Assembly (NCBI GenBank): GCA_963555825.3
Contig: CAUVXB020000001.1
Coordinates: forward strand, 864,001-928,000
Length of the DNA stretch: 64,000 nucleotides
Direction of reading: 5' to 3'
Source of the DNA: Alphaproteobacteria bacterium
GTDB lineage: Bacteria; Pseudomonadota; Alphaproteobacteria; JAAXGF01
A model generated the notes under the pieces. The model was not told the DNA's origin and did not search any database. It saw nothing but the letters and a program-made list of their open reading frames with translations. A program made the translations under genes and the position numbers. The first letter of the stretch is position 1, and every line of letters begins with the position of its first letter. Shown here in pieces: positions 50,876-62,500 of this stretch.

Positions 50876-52063
50876 ATGTCCGTTCGAAACGGCCGCGAAT
50901 TTTTGAGCATTCCGGGCCCGACCACGGTGCCCGACGAAGTCCTCAACGCCATGCACCGCCCGGCGATCGAGATCTATTCCGGGCCGCTCGTCGACGTCAC
51001 CGAGCGCTGCCTCGATGGCCTGCGCCGCGTGCTGGGCACCGAGGGACGGACCTACATATACGCCGCCAACGGGCACGGCGCCTGGGAAGCGGCGCTGGCC
51101 AACGTGCTGAACCGCGGCGACAAGGTGCTGTTGCTCGAGAGCGGCACCTTCGCCAAGGGCTGGGGCGAGACCGCGGCGATGCTCGGTCTCAGCCAATGTT
51201 CGATCGCCGGCGACTGGCGCCGCGCCGTCGACCCGGCCGAGGTCGAGGAACGCCTGCGCGCGGATGCAGCGGGCGAGATCAAGGCGGTGCTGGTCGTGCA
51301 GGTCGACACCGCGTCGAGCGTCGTCAACGACATTCCCGCCGTCCGCAAGGCGATTGACGCGGCGGGCCACGGCGCGCTCCTGATGGTCGACACCATCGCC
51401 TCGCTCGGCACCATGCCGTTCGAGATGGACGCCTGGGGCGTCGACGTCGCCGTCGCCGGCTCGCAGAAGGGGTTGATGACACCGCCCGGCTTGAGTTTCG
51501 TCGGCGCCGGCAAGCGAGCCGTCGCCGCGCATCAGACCGCCGATCTGCGCACGCGCTACTGGGATTGGACCACCCGCGAGGGCGAGGAGCACTACCACAA
51601 ATATTGCGGCACGCCGCCCGAACATATGCTGTTCGCCTTCGACAAGGCCTTGGAGATGTTGTTCGACGAAGGCCTCGACGCGGTGTTCGAGCGTCACCGC
51701 CTGCTGGCCGGCGCGGTGCAGCGCGCCGCGGCCATCTGGAGCGAAGGCGGCGCGATGGAGATGAACATCGTCGATCCCGCGCAGCGCTCGAACTCGGTGA
51801 CCACGGTGCTGCTCAACGGCGAGCGAGCGCCGAAATCGGTCGTCGAGTACTGCGACCGGAAATGCGGCGTCGTCGTCGGCATGGGCATCGGCGCGCTGAC
51901 CGGCAAGGCGCTGCGCATCGCCCATATGGGCCATGTCAACGCGCCGATGACGCTCGGCACGCTGGGCGTGATGGAGATCGCCTTCCAGGCGCTCGACGTG
52001 CCGCACGGCAAGGGCGGCGTCCAGGCCGCCATCGACTGGCTCGCCGCCGAGGTCCCCGCCTGA
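50876..52063 (+). CDS. Class V PLP aminotransferase (serine/alanine-glyoxylate type)
   Basis: IPGPT, NGHGAWEA, DTIASL, GSQKGLMTPPG, RIAHMG. Confidence 0.9.
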   Translation: MSVRNGREFLSIPGPTTVPDEVLNAMHRPAIEIYSGPLVDVTERCLDGLRRVLGTEGRTYIYAANGHGAWEAALANVLNRGDKVLLLESGTFAKGWGETAAMLGLSQCSIAGDWRRAVDPAEVEERLRADAAGEIKAVLVVQVDTASSVVNDIPAVRKAIDAAGHGALLMVDTIASLGTMPFEMDAWGVDVAVAGSQKGLMTPPGLSFVGAGKRAVAAHQTADLRTRYWDWTTREGEEHYHKYCGTPPEHMLFAFDKALEMLFDEGLDAVFERHRLLAGAVQRAAAIWSEGGAMEMNIVDPAQRSNSVTTVLLNGERAPKSVVEYCDRKCGVVVGMGIGALTGKALRIAHMGHVNAPMTLGTLGVMEIAFQALDVPHGKGGVQAAIDWLAAEVPA

Positions 52064-52064
52064 T

Positions 52065-52252
52065 TGGTGTCCGGTCATTTTTGCGCCGCAAAGATGACCT
52101 GCGCTCAATCGCCGCGCAGGCCAATCTAATGGGATTAAGCCGTTCTCATGGGATCAAGGGTGGCCGAACGGTTGGCGGCCCGCCCTCTTGTTGGGATCAA
52201 GACTGGCGCGGGCTGATATGATCCGGCCGACTCTAATCGGCCGGTTCATTCT

Positions 52253-52256
<4 letters not shown>
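52065..52256 (-). repeat. Structured intergenic repeat, copy E (three modules at two sites)
   Basis: On - strand starts CTAGAGAATG at the rocD stop; shared cores. Confidence 0.85.
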
Positions 52257-53470
<1,214 letters not shown>

Positions 53471-53597
53471 CAGCGTCTCCCAGTGAAACGATTATGGTAT
53501 CAGTTTCAGCCGTGCCGACATGGTTTGTCGGTTCGGCGCGCGCCGCCCCCTATGGAAAGATACGGCGCCGCAGGCGGGCGCTTGATATGATGCGCGA

Positions 53598-53942
53598 ATG
53601 GCGGACGACATCGACATCGGGGCGGTCAAGGCGCGTCTGATCGCGCTGCGCGCCGATCTGCTCGACACTGGCGAGACGAGCGCCGAGAGCCGCCAGCCGG
53701 TCGAGCTCGACCAGTCGCGAGTCGGCCGCCTGTCGCGCATGGATGCGCTGCAGGGCCAGGCCATGGCGCTCGAAATCGCGCGCCGCCGCGCGAACGAGGT
53801 GCGGCGCATCGACGCCGCGCTGACGCGCATCGACGACGGCGAGTACGGCTCTTGCGTCACCTGCGGCGAGGACGTCGCCGCCAAACGCCTCGACCTCGAC
53901 CCGACCGCCGCCGTCTGCATCGACTGCGCCCGGGGCGACTAG
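53598..53942 (+). CDS. TraR/DksA C4-type zinc finger protein
   Basis: LDQSRVGRLSRMDALQ, CVTCGE..CIDC. Confidence 0.9.
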   Translation: MADDIDIGAVKARLIALRADLLDTGETSAESRQPVELDQSRVGRLSRMDALQGQAMALEIARRRANEVRRIDAALTRIDDGEYGSCVTCGEDVAAKRLDLDPTAAVCIDCARGD

Positions 53943-54222
53943 AGCACTATCCGATCGACTCAGTCGGAATCTACCGGCCCGCGCCAATCTATTTGGGACA
54001 AGAGGGGGGGCCACCGACCGTTCGGCCAGTCCTTGTGGGATAAAGAATGGCCTTGTGGGATAAAGAATGGCCTTGTGGGATAAAGAATGGCCTTGTGGGA
54101 TAAAGAATGGCCTTGTGGGATAAAGAATGGCCTTGTGGGATAAAGAATGGCCTTGTGGGATAAAGATTGGCATGCGCGGCGATTGAGCGCAGGGCACCGA
54201 AGGTGACCGTTCAAAGACTCTA
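53939..54222 (+). repeat. Structured intergenic repeat, copy F, containing tandem module array
   Basis: Starts CTAGAGCAC at the stop codon, ends GACTCTA; shared cores. Confidence 0.85.
54031..54170 (+). repeat. Tandem repeat 7 x 20 bp CCTTGTGGGATAAAGAATGG
   Basis: Six perfect units plus one ending GATTGG; no spacers. Confidence 0.95.
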
Positions 54223-54229
54223 ACCCCCC

Positions 54230-55177
54230 TCACCCACCGCGCGTCGCGCGCCAGGCTTCGGCGCGACGCCGGCCTTCGGCGAGCTGCGCGGGCGTCATCA
54301 GGCCGGCCAAATGGTTCAGGCTGCGCGTGATCTCGGCCCGCACACCGTCCGCCGGCGCGGCCAAGGCGAGGCTCAACCACATATGCGCCTGGGCATAATC
54401 GCGAGCAACGCCGTCACCGCGCGCATACATCAGGCCGAGGTTGAACTGCGCGGCCGGGTAGCCCTGCTCGCTGGCGAACCACAGCCAGGTTTCGGCCTCG
54501 GCAAAATCGCGCGGCACACCGAGGCCCTGGAGGCGCATCATGCCGAGCTGGAATTGCGCCTGGGCGAGATTCTGCTCGGCGGCGCGCCGGTACCAACGCG
54601 CGGCTTCCGCAAGGCTCTGACCGACGAATTTACCGACCGCGTACATCGAGCCCAGATTGAACTGCGCGCCGGCATGGCCCTGCTTGGCCGCGCGGCGCAG
54701 CCATCGCTCGGCCTCGGCGCCGTCGCGCGGGGCGCCTTCGCCCTTCAAGTGCAGCACGCCGAGCCGATACTGCGCTTCGGCCAGGCCGTTTCCGGCGGCG
54801 CGCCGATACCAGGTCACGGCCTGGCTGTCGCTTTGCGGAACGCTCCGCCCCAGATGATGCATCACGCCGATCTGAAACTGGGCCTCGGGATGGCCGCCCT
54901 CGGCCGCGCGTTCGAACCAGCGAAGCGCCGCCGCGTCGTCCTGCGCAACACCCTGGCCGTGCAGGTAGAGGGCGCCCAGGTTGTACCGCGACTTGGCATC
55001 ACCGGACTCGGCCGCCGGCCGCCATTCAGCGAGCGCCGTCGCGTAATCGCCGTGTCGGAACGCCGCGAAGCCCTCCTCGAAGCCCGCCACCGCGGCTGGC
55101 GCGAGGAAGGCCGACACGATCAATACCAGCGCGGTCGTCGGCGCGGCACACATACCCTTGATCATCGCGTTCCCCAT
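54230..55177 (-). CDS. Sel1-repeat secreted protein
   Basis: Signal peptide, AGFEEG, ~6 AQFNLG.MY..G.GV repeats. Confidence 0.88.
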   Translation of the reverse strand: MGNAMIKGMCAAPTTALVLIVSAFLAPAAVAGFEEGFAAFRHGDYATALAEWRPAAESGDAKSRYNLGALYLHGQGVAQDDAAALRWFERAAEGGHPEAQFQIGVMHHLGRSVPQSDSQAVTWYRRAAGNGLAEAQYRLGVLHLKGEGAPRDGAEAERWLRRAAKQGHAGAQFNLGSMYAVGKFVGQSLAEAARWYRRAAEQNLAQAQFQLGMMRLQGLGVPRDFAEAETWLWFASEQGYPAAQFNLGLMYARGDGVARDYAQAHMWLSLALAAPADGVRAEITRSLNHLAGLMTPAQLAEGRRRAEAWRATRGG

Positions 55178-55299
55178 CGTTTCCCCGCGCCGCACTCTAG
55201 CCCGGCCCCGCCATCGCGCAAGGCCCGTTGTTGGCCTTTCGATCTGACGGGTGCTAGCATCGCGCGACGCTGGATGGGTCAGAAAAAGATGGATAGCTG

Positions 55300-56132
55300 A
55301 TGGCCATGATCGAGAGGCTGGCGCGCGAAGTGACCGGCGTACAAATCGCCGATGCGTTGACGCGCGACGGCTGCGCGATCGTCGAGGGCATGGTCGACGC
55401 CACGGCCATGGACGCCTTGATGCGCGACACCCAGATGGACTTCGACACGCGCAACCTGGGGATCGACGATTTCTCCGGCTACAAGATGGGTCCAAGCGGG
55501 TGTCGGGCCTGATGGCCAAGTCGGCGGCCGCGCGCGAGTTCGCACTCCTGCCGGCCATCCTCGAGGCCGCCGATATCGTGCTGCTGCCCAAATGCCACGA
55601 CTACCGGATGCACGTCACGCATATGGTGCAGATCGGCCCCGGCGAGATCGCCCAGGTGCTGCATCGCGACGACGAGATCTACCCGATGCCGCTGCCCAAA
55701 CCCGAGTGCGAGCTGCACTGCATGTGGGCGGCGAGCGATTTCACGGTCGAAAACGGCGCGACCCAAATCGTGCCCGGCAGCCACAGTTGGCCGCGCGATC
55801 GCGAACCGGAGCCGGACGAGATCGCCCAGGCGGTGATGGCCGAGGGCTCGGTCGCCTTCTACCTGGGCAGCACGCTCCACGGCGGCGGCGCCAACCGCAG
55901 CGACGCGCCGCGCACCGGCGCGCTGATCGGCTACAATCTCGGCTGGCTGCGCCAGGAGGAGAACCAGTACCTGACGGCGCCGCCCGCCATCGCACGCGAC
56001 TTCCCCGACCGCCTACAGGAACTGATCGGCTACCGCGCGACCAACCGCGGCCATCTCGGCTGGATCGACGCCGGTGACCCGCAATTGCTGCTGAAGGACG
56101 AGTCCGAGCGCGGCAGATACATCGTCTGGTAG
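55300..56132 (+). pseudogene. Phytanoyl-CoA dioxygenase (PhyH) family, frameshift at ~55490 (may be sequencing error)
   Basis: LHRDD, DFTVENGATQIVPGSH, HGGGAN, GWLRQEENQYL; N-terminus in another frame. Confidence 0.85.
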
Positions 56133-56141
56133 GCCGGCTGT

Positions 56142-57146
56142 TCACGCCGTGCAGCGTGTGCCCACAGTCAGAACCGCCGCCCCGGTAATGCGACCGTCGC
56201 GCAGCCGATCGAGCGCGTCATTGGCCTGATCGAGCGGGAACAGCTCGACCTCGGTCCTGATCGGCACCTTCGGCGCCAACGCCAGAAATTCCTCACCGTC
56301 GCGGCGCGTCAGATTGGCGACCGAGCAAATCCGCCTCTCTTGCCACAATATTCGATAGGGGAAGGACGGGATATCGCTCATGTGGATGCCGGCGCAGACC
56401 ACCGTGCCGCCCTTGGCGACCGCCTCGAGCGCCGCCGGCACCAGGGCGCCGACCGGCGCGAAGATGATCGCCGCGTCGAGCGGCTCCGGCGGCCGATCGC
56501 CGGAAGCGCCGGCCCAGACCGCGCCGAGCTGGCGCGCGAAGGCCTGCGCCCGATCGTCGCCGGCGCGGGTGAAGGCGTAGACCTCGCGGCCCTGATGGCG
56601 CGCCACCTGGGCGACGATATGCGCCGCCGCGCCGAAGCCATAGATGCCGAGCCGCCGCGCGTCGCCCGCCATGCGCAGCGCGCGATAGCCGATCAGCCCG
56701 GCACACAACAGCGGCGCGGCCTCGGCGTCGGTATAGTGGTCGCCTTCGATCGGAAACACATAGCGCGCGTCCGCCAGGGCATATTCGGCGTAGCCGCCGT
56801 CGATCTGATAGCCGGTGAATGCCGCCTCGTCGCACAGGTTCTCGCGATCGCTGCGGCAAAAGGCACAGGCACCGCAGGTGTAGCCCAACCACGGCACGCC
56901 GACCCGCTGGCCGGGGGCGAGACGCGTGACGCCGGTGCCGACTTCGGCGATGCGGCCGACGATCTCGTGGCCGGGCACGATCGGCGAGCGGATCGTCGGC
57001 AGGTCGCCGTCGACGATATGCAGATCGGTGCGGCAGACGCCGCAGGCGCCGACTTCGATGACGACCTGGCCGGGCCCGGCGGTGGGCCTGGGAAGGTCGA
57101 TCGGCTGCAGGCCGTCGCCCACGCGGTGCAACGCCATCGCGCGCAT
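56142..57146 (-). CDS. Zinc-dependent alcohol dehydrogenase
   Basis: CGVCRTDLH, PGHEIVG, CGACAFC..ENLC, LLCAGLIGY. Confidence 0.93.
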   Translation of the reverse strand: MRAMALHRVGDGLQPIDLPRPTAGPGQVVIEVGACGVCRTDLHIVDGDLPTIRSPIVPGHEIVGRIAEVGTGVTRLAPGQRVGVPWLGYTCGACAFCRSDRENLCDEAAFTGYQIDGGYAEYALADARYVFPIEGDHYTDAEAAPLLCAGLIGYRALRMAGDARRLGIYGFGAAAHIVAQVARHQGREVYAFTRAGDDRAQAFARQLGAVWAGASGDRPPEPLDAAIIFAPVGALVPAALEAVAKGGTVVCAGIHMSDIPSFPYRILWQERRICSVANLTRRDGEEFLALAPKVPIRTEVELFPLDQANDALDRLRDGRITGAAVLTVGTRCTA

Positions 57147-57445
57147 GGCGTTCTCCTCGATATACGGTTCCGCCTAGCTATAGCTCGATTGCGCCGCCCG
57201 GGCCATGACCTAGCCCAAACCCGCGACCGCCTCGGCGAGACGGTCACACGCCGTAGCCTCGTTGGATACCCGCGCCGAGATGCGCAGCCCGTAATGGCCG
57301 TCGGCGGCGTAGGCGGACAGCTCGCTGGCGTGCGCGTCGACGGGTCGGTCGTGCAATTGCGGAAGACCGCGACTTCGCGGCGACGCCGGTTGACACGCCC
57401 GCCGGCCTCGCCGAAAGTCGCGGCGTGGGCACTCTATCGAAACGA

Positions 57446-57905
57446 ATGACGATTGCCATGGCGCTCATGGTCGCGCTCGCCATGCCGGCGTGCGGGCATC
57501 GGAGAAGGCTATGACGCGTATGAGCGCGGCGACTATGTCGCGGCGTTTCGCGAATGGCTGCCGGTCGCCGAGGCAGGCAGCGCCGAGGCACAGTTCAACA
57601 TCGCCGTGATGTTCCAGAAGGGCCGCGGCGTGCCGGCAGACAGCGCGGAAGCACTACGCTGGTACCGCCGCGCCGCCTGGCAAGGCCACGCCGACGCGCA
57701 GAACAACCTGGGCGGCATGCTGAGCCGCGGCGAGGGCATCCCCGAGGACTATGTTCAGGCGCATATGTGGTTCAGCCTGGCCGCCGCCCGGGCCAAGCAA
57801 TCCGCGCAACGCAACCTCGACACGCTGGCGCCCAAGATGCGCGCCCGCGATATCGCCAAGGCCGAGCGTCTGGCCGAAAACTGGCGCGCCACCGCCGGTC
57901 AGTGA
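57446..57905 (+). pseudogene. Short Sel1-repeat secreted protein, frameshift after signal peptide (~57490)
   Basis: MTIAMALMVALAMPA in one frame, AGIGEGYDAY..AQFNIA..AQNNLG in another. Confidence 0.75.
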
Positions 57906-57912
57906 CGCGCAG

Positions 57913-58293
57913 TCACTCCAGGCCGTGGCGCTGTTTCCAGTCGACCGGATAGACCGTATAGAAGCAGACGGCGCGGGCCTCGGCCTCATAGACGATCGGC
58001 GTGTCCGCGGGAATCCACAACACGTCGCCCGGGTCGCATTCATAGACCTCGTCGCCGGCGCGCATTGTGAAATGCCCCTCGAGCACGACGACGAATTCGT
58101 CGTAGAGCACGGTCCAGGGGATCGAGACGCCCTTCTCGAACACCGCGACGCCGCCGCCCATCGTCTGGCTCCGTTCGGGCCCGACGAGGCGTGCGATCTC
58201 GGCGTTGCCGGGCGGGCCGCCGTAGTGCTCGAAAGTGATCTCGTCCTTCTTGAAAAGACTGATGCCAGACATCCGATCCTCCCATCTCGCCAT
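57913..58293 (-). CDS. EutQ-like cupin protein
   Basis: IPWTVLYDE, PGDVLWIP, YPVDW; start may be at MSGISL. Confidence 0.8.
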   Translation of the reverse strand: MARWEDRMSGISLFKKDEITFEHYGGPPGNAEIARLVGPERSQTMGGGVAVFEKGVSIPWTVLYDEFVVVLEGHFTMRAGDEVYECDPGDVLWIPADTPIVYEAEARAVCFYTVYPVDWKQRHGLE

Positions 58294-58491
58294 CTGCCAT
58301 TGTCAGCATAGTACGATCAACGTCCGCGCCGGGCGAATTTTAGCGCGCGTTTCAAGTTTACTAGTCCGGCGTCGTGTGCGGCGTTATAGTGCATCCACCC
58401 GCTCGCATTGTCTGTGGGGATGGCGGTCGGGACGGTGCCTCGACGGTTGGGGCCCGATACAGCAAACGCATAGTCCAAGTGGGGAAATACG

Positions 58492-58641
58492 ATGGCCGAT
58501 CAACAGATGAGCGACAAGAACATTCAGATTGCTCTGTTCGTCATGGTCGTGATTCTCATCGGAGTGGTGATCTGGGAAGAGGCGCGGCTCAGTAAGGCGG
58601 TTGAACTCTGCCAGGCATTCATCGAATCGGTTCCTGATTAG
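58492..58641 (+). CDS. Small single-pass membrane protein (49 aa), not in ORF track
   Basis: MADQQMSDKNIQIALFVMVVILIGVVIWEEARLSKAVELCQAFIESVPD; purine-rich upstream. Confidence 0.5.
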   Translation: MADQQMSDKNIQIALFVMVVILIGVVIWEEARLSKAVELCQAFIESVPD

Positions 58642-58707
58642 CCGAAGACGCAGGGTTCCGGACCCGGCGAGGCGGCATTCGGTCGCTTGCCGATCCGCTG
58701 GCAGCGC

Positions 58708-59568
58708 CTAGTCGCCCGCCAGCAGACGACGCAGACGCGCCTCGAGCGCGACGGTCACCTTGACCGTGCGACGTTTCACCGACAATGCTTCAATCGCGGC
58801 AAGCGCGTCGGCGTAGGCCGTCGATGCCTCGTGAACGCGCCCCGCCGCGTGCAGGACATCGCCGCGCCGCGCCAACCAATCGGGGCGCTCGGCGAGTACG
58901 TCGGGCAGGCTTACAAAGCGCGCCAACGCGACATCGTACCGACCGCGGCCGGTCTCTACGTCGATCGCGAATTCGATCAGCGTAACGAGTGGACCCAGGC
59001 GGGCGATCGCCTCGTCGATACCGCGTAGGCCAGCGTCGACATGCGCGCCGCCCTCGGCGACCAACCATCGCGCACGTTGGAGATAATGTTCGGGCTCGGG
59101 CGGGTCCAAGCGGGCGATGACCCGGTCGTAGTCGGCCGCCGCAGCCAAGCGATCGCCCAACGCGCCGAGCACGCGGCCACGAATGACGAGACCCGGGACG
59201 TGACCGGGCCGCGCCGCGATGAACCGGTCGAGTGCCGACCGCGCAGGTGCCGGCCGGCCGGCCTCGAACCACAGGCGTCCCAGGTAGAACTGAAGATCGG
59301 GATCATCGGGGGTAAGCCCGACGGCCGTTTCGAGATCGGCCTCGGCGAGCGCCCATTCGCGGTTCAGCCGGTAGAGGTCGCTGCGTTGGACGTAGAGTTC
59401 GGCGTCGTTCGGGTGCTCGGTGATTTCAGCGTTGAGCTGATCGAGTTTGAGACCGATCTGCTGATGCGCCGAGCATGGCGACGCGATCGCCAGCGTGGCG
59501 CCGATACCCAGCATCGCCAACCATGAACCGCGCAACCGCATCGGCCGCGACTCAGGGTACCAGTGCAA
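58708..59568 (-). CDS. Secreted TPR protein
   Basis: Signal peptide then TPR-like helices; start overlaps or abuts the phosphoesterase stop. Confidence 0.8.
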   Translation of the reverse strand: MHWYPESRPMRLRGSWLAMLGIGATLAIASPCSAHQQIGLKLDQLNAEITEHPNDAELYVQRSDLYRLNREWALAEADLETAVGLTPDDPDLQFYLGRLWFEAGRPAPARSALDRFIAARPGHVPGLVIRGRVLGALGDRLAAAADYDRVIARLDPPEPEHYLQRARWLVAEGGAHVDAGLRGIDEAIARLGPLVTLIEFAIDVETGRGRYDVALARFVSLPDVLAERPDWLARRGDVLHAAGRVHEASTAYADALAAIEALSVKRRTVKVTVALEARLRRLLAGD

Positions 59569-62500
59569 TGTCTGTAAGGGTCGAGCTTGCCAGGTCGAGC
59601 GTATCGTTACCCCGGCTGACGGTGCTCACGGTGAAGCGGAACCCGTCGCCTGACGATGCGCGCAGTTTCGACGACTTCGTGGTGAACTGGCCGTTGCCGT
59701 CGGTGGTCGCGACGACCTGATTCAGATCGTTCGAGCCGCCGTCGAAGGGCTCGTGCGCCCAAAGGCCCGTGACCGTCGCGCCGGCGGCGGGCGCGTTGCC
59801 TGCGTCGAGCACCGTGACGGTCGTCGCGCCCGACCAGTTCTTCCCCCTCGAGCTGACCGTTACGTCGAAGGCTGGCACATGCAGCACCATCGGCGTGCCA
59901 TCGCTCACCGTCGCCGAGGCGACGTCCGAGAAGCCGGATTCGAACCCGGCGCCGCCGTCGAGCGTCGTGACCACGTAGTCGTGGGTGCCGGCCGCCAAGC
60001 CGGCGTCGACATAACTCGTCGCCGTCGTCGTGCCCCGCGACAGGAAATTCGGGTCGCCGGGCGCCTTGCGATAGACGCCATAGCCCGTCGCGCCGCTGAC
60101 CTGGGACCAACTCACCGTGATCGTGTCGCCGATGGCGCTGGCGCCGACGCCCGACGGCGCCGGCAGGTCGCCCGGTCCGGTGGTGCACTGCACGCCGTCG
60201 GTGTCGATGCAGTCGGACGTCTCGACGTTGGCGCCCGGATCATAGCTGCTTCCCGTGATGACGATGTCGGTGACCGCGAAGATGAACTCGCCGGCGTTCG
60301 ACTTCGAGGTCTTCGGCGAGGTGAAGTTCGCCTCGCCGGTCGCGCCGGTGGCGTCCGTCTGGTCGGCGCTGACCAAGCCCGACCAGCGGCCGTGGACGGT
60401 CGCGCCCTCGACCCCGACGACGCCGGTCTCGTCGACCACGGCGACGAGCGCCGTCGCCGCGACGTTCTTCTTGCCGACGTTCTTGAGTTGGACTTCGACG
60501 TCGAGCACGCTGGTCGCGGCGCCCGGTGGGCCGAACGTCGCAGCCGAATCGGACGCGCTGAGTCCTGAAGTGTTGCCGGCGGCATCGAACGCCCCGACCG
60601 CGTAGTGATAGGTCGTCGACGGATCGAGGCTGGCATCAGTGTAACTCGTCGTCACCGTCGTCGTCACCATCGCGCCGTCGCGATAGACGTCGTAGCCCGT
60701 AACGCCGACGTTATCGCTCGATGCCTGCCAGCTCAGCGCGACTTCGCTTTCCGATTGCGCCGTCGCCGTCAGGCCGGTCGGCACGCTGGGCGCATCGAGG
60801 TCGCCGCCCGACGGCGGCAGTGTGTAGGTCACGTGCAATGCCGGGCGCTGCAAGGGCGACGCCTCGCGCGACCGGACGTCGGCGCCGTCGTTGGTGCCAC
60901 TACTGACAATGATAAAACCGAAGTTCGGAGATGCGCCCTGGACCCAGCTTTCGATCAGGTCGAGGCCGTCGGCGTTGAGCTGGATGGTCGCGATACCGCT
61001 GGTCGCCGGGCTGAGCGTGCCGACCACCAGTGTCCCGCGGTCAGCCGCCCCGCTCGCGCCCGGTGCACCCCACGGCAAACTCGACGTGCGTGAATTCCAA
61101 GTCGCCTCCGCCTCGAACCAATCCTGCAGGATGGCATAGAGGTTGTAGCTGCCCGCGCTGACGTTGAAGACGTCGAGCTCGATCGAGGCGGCGTCGACGG
61201 TCGCGTTAAAGGGAATTTCCGAGACGTCCCAGCCGACCAGCGCGACGAGCTCGCTGCCACCGTCGTCGCCGTCCATCAGGAGCTGAGCTTCGTTGTTGAA
61301 GTTGGTGTCGGGCTGCAGTGTGCGGAGATAGACGTCCTGTGTGCCGTCATAGAGCGAGGTCGGCGCCACGCCGTCCTGGAAACTACGCGACTGCACCGTC
61401 TCAAGGACGAAAGGGGCGGTGCTGTCCGTCACGATCACGTTGCCCTCGAGATCGGTGACATCGTTGACCGTGACCGTGTAGCTCAGTCCATCGGTCAGTT
61501 CCGACGTCGTCAGCGTCGTCCTGTTCAGGCCGCTGTCGTGACTCGCATCGACAACCACGATGCCCTGGTCGATGGCGTAGTTCGCCGGGTCTTCGGCGGT
61601 GGCTGCGTCGACACGCTCGGAGTAGGTGACGAAGACCGTCGTCGCGTCACCGGCGTCGGCCGCGAGGATCGTCGGCGGCGTGACGTCGGCGCCGTTGATC
61701 ATGGTGAAGCTGTCGAGTACTTGGCCCGTCTCGCTGATGAACACCGCGTCGAGCCGGTTGCCGTCGACATCGAGCACGACCGAGCCGAGGTTCTTGATCG
61801 AATAGAACATCGCCGGGTGGTTCAGCGAACCGCTGCCGGTCGCCTTGCCCGAACTGCCGGCCACGGTATAGACCGCGCCGTCGTTCGCAATTGGCGTCGA
61901 TTCGTCCTTGAAATAGGCGCCGTCGCCGCCTTCGCGGCCATCGCCGTTGTCAAGGATCATGTTTGGCGCGAGCGTGCCCGAGACGTCGTAGTGGCCGGTC
62001 AACAGGAATGAGCGCTCGTAGGAGTGGCTGTGACCGCCGAGCACCAAGTCGACGCCGTATTCCTCGAGGATCGGCAGGGCGTTCTCGCGCATCTCGATCA
62101 GCCGGCTCTCGGTGTCGGAATTGTGCGAACCCTTGGTGTAGGGCGGATGGTGCCAATAGGCGATGACCCAGTCCTGGTCAGTCGACGACAGGTCGTTTTC
62201 GAGCCAGGTCAGCATGGCGCCGCCCGGCGCGTTGCTCGACCCGAACGAGTCGAGCACGATGAAGTGGATGTTGGCGTGGTCGAACGAATAGTAGGCCTCG
62301 GTGCCCGACAACAAACCGCCCGCCTCGCCGGCCGTCGGCAGCGTGAAGATGTCGTAATAGGCGGCGTTGGCGCCGCTGCCGAGGGTCACCGACTTGTCGT
62401 GGTTGCCGCGCGTCGGCCAGACCGGCGCCTGACGCAACAACTCGGGGTACATGTCGAAGACGGCGACCTCGTATTGATAGTCCTTGCCGTCGTTGTAAGC

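Noticed and set aside
54031-54170. CRISPR array, iterons or DnaA boxes
   Set aside because: Head-to-tail units with no spacers; no cas or rep gene nearby; TGTGGGATAA needs a gap to match the DnaA box TGTGGATAA.
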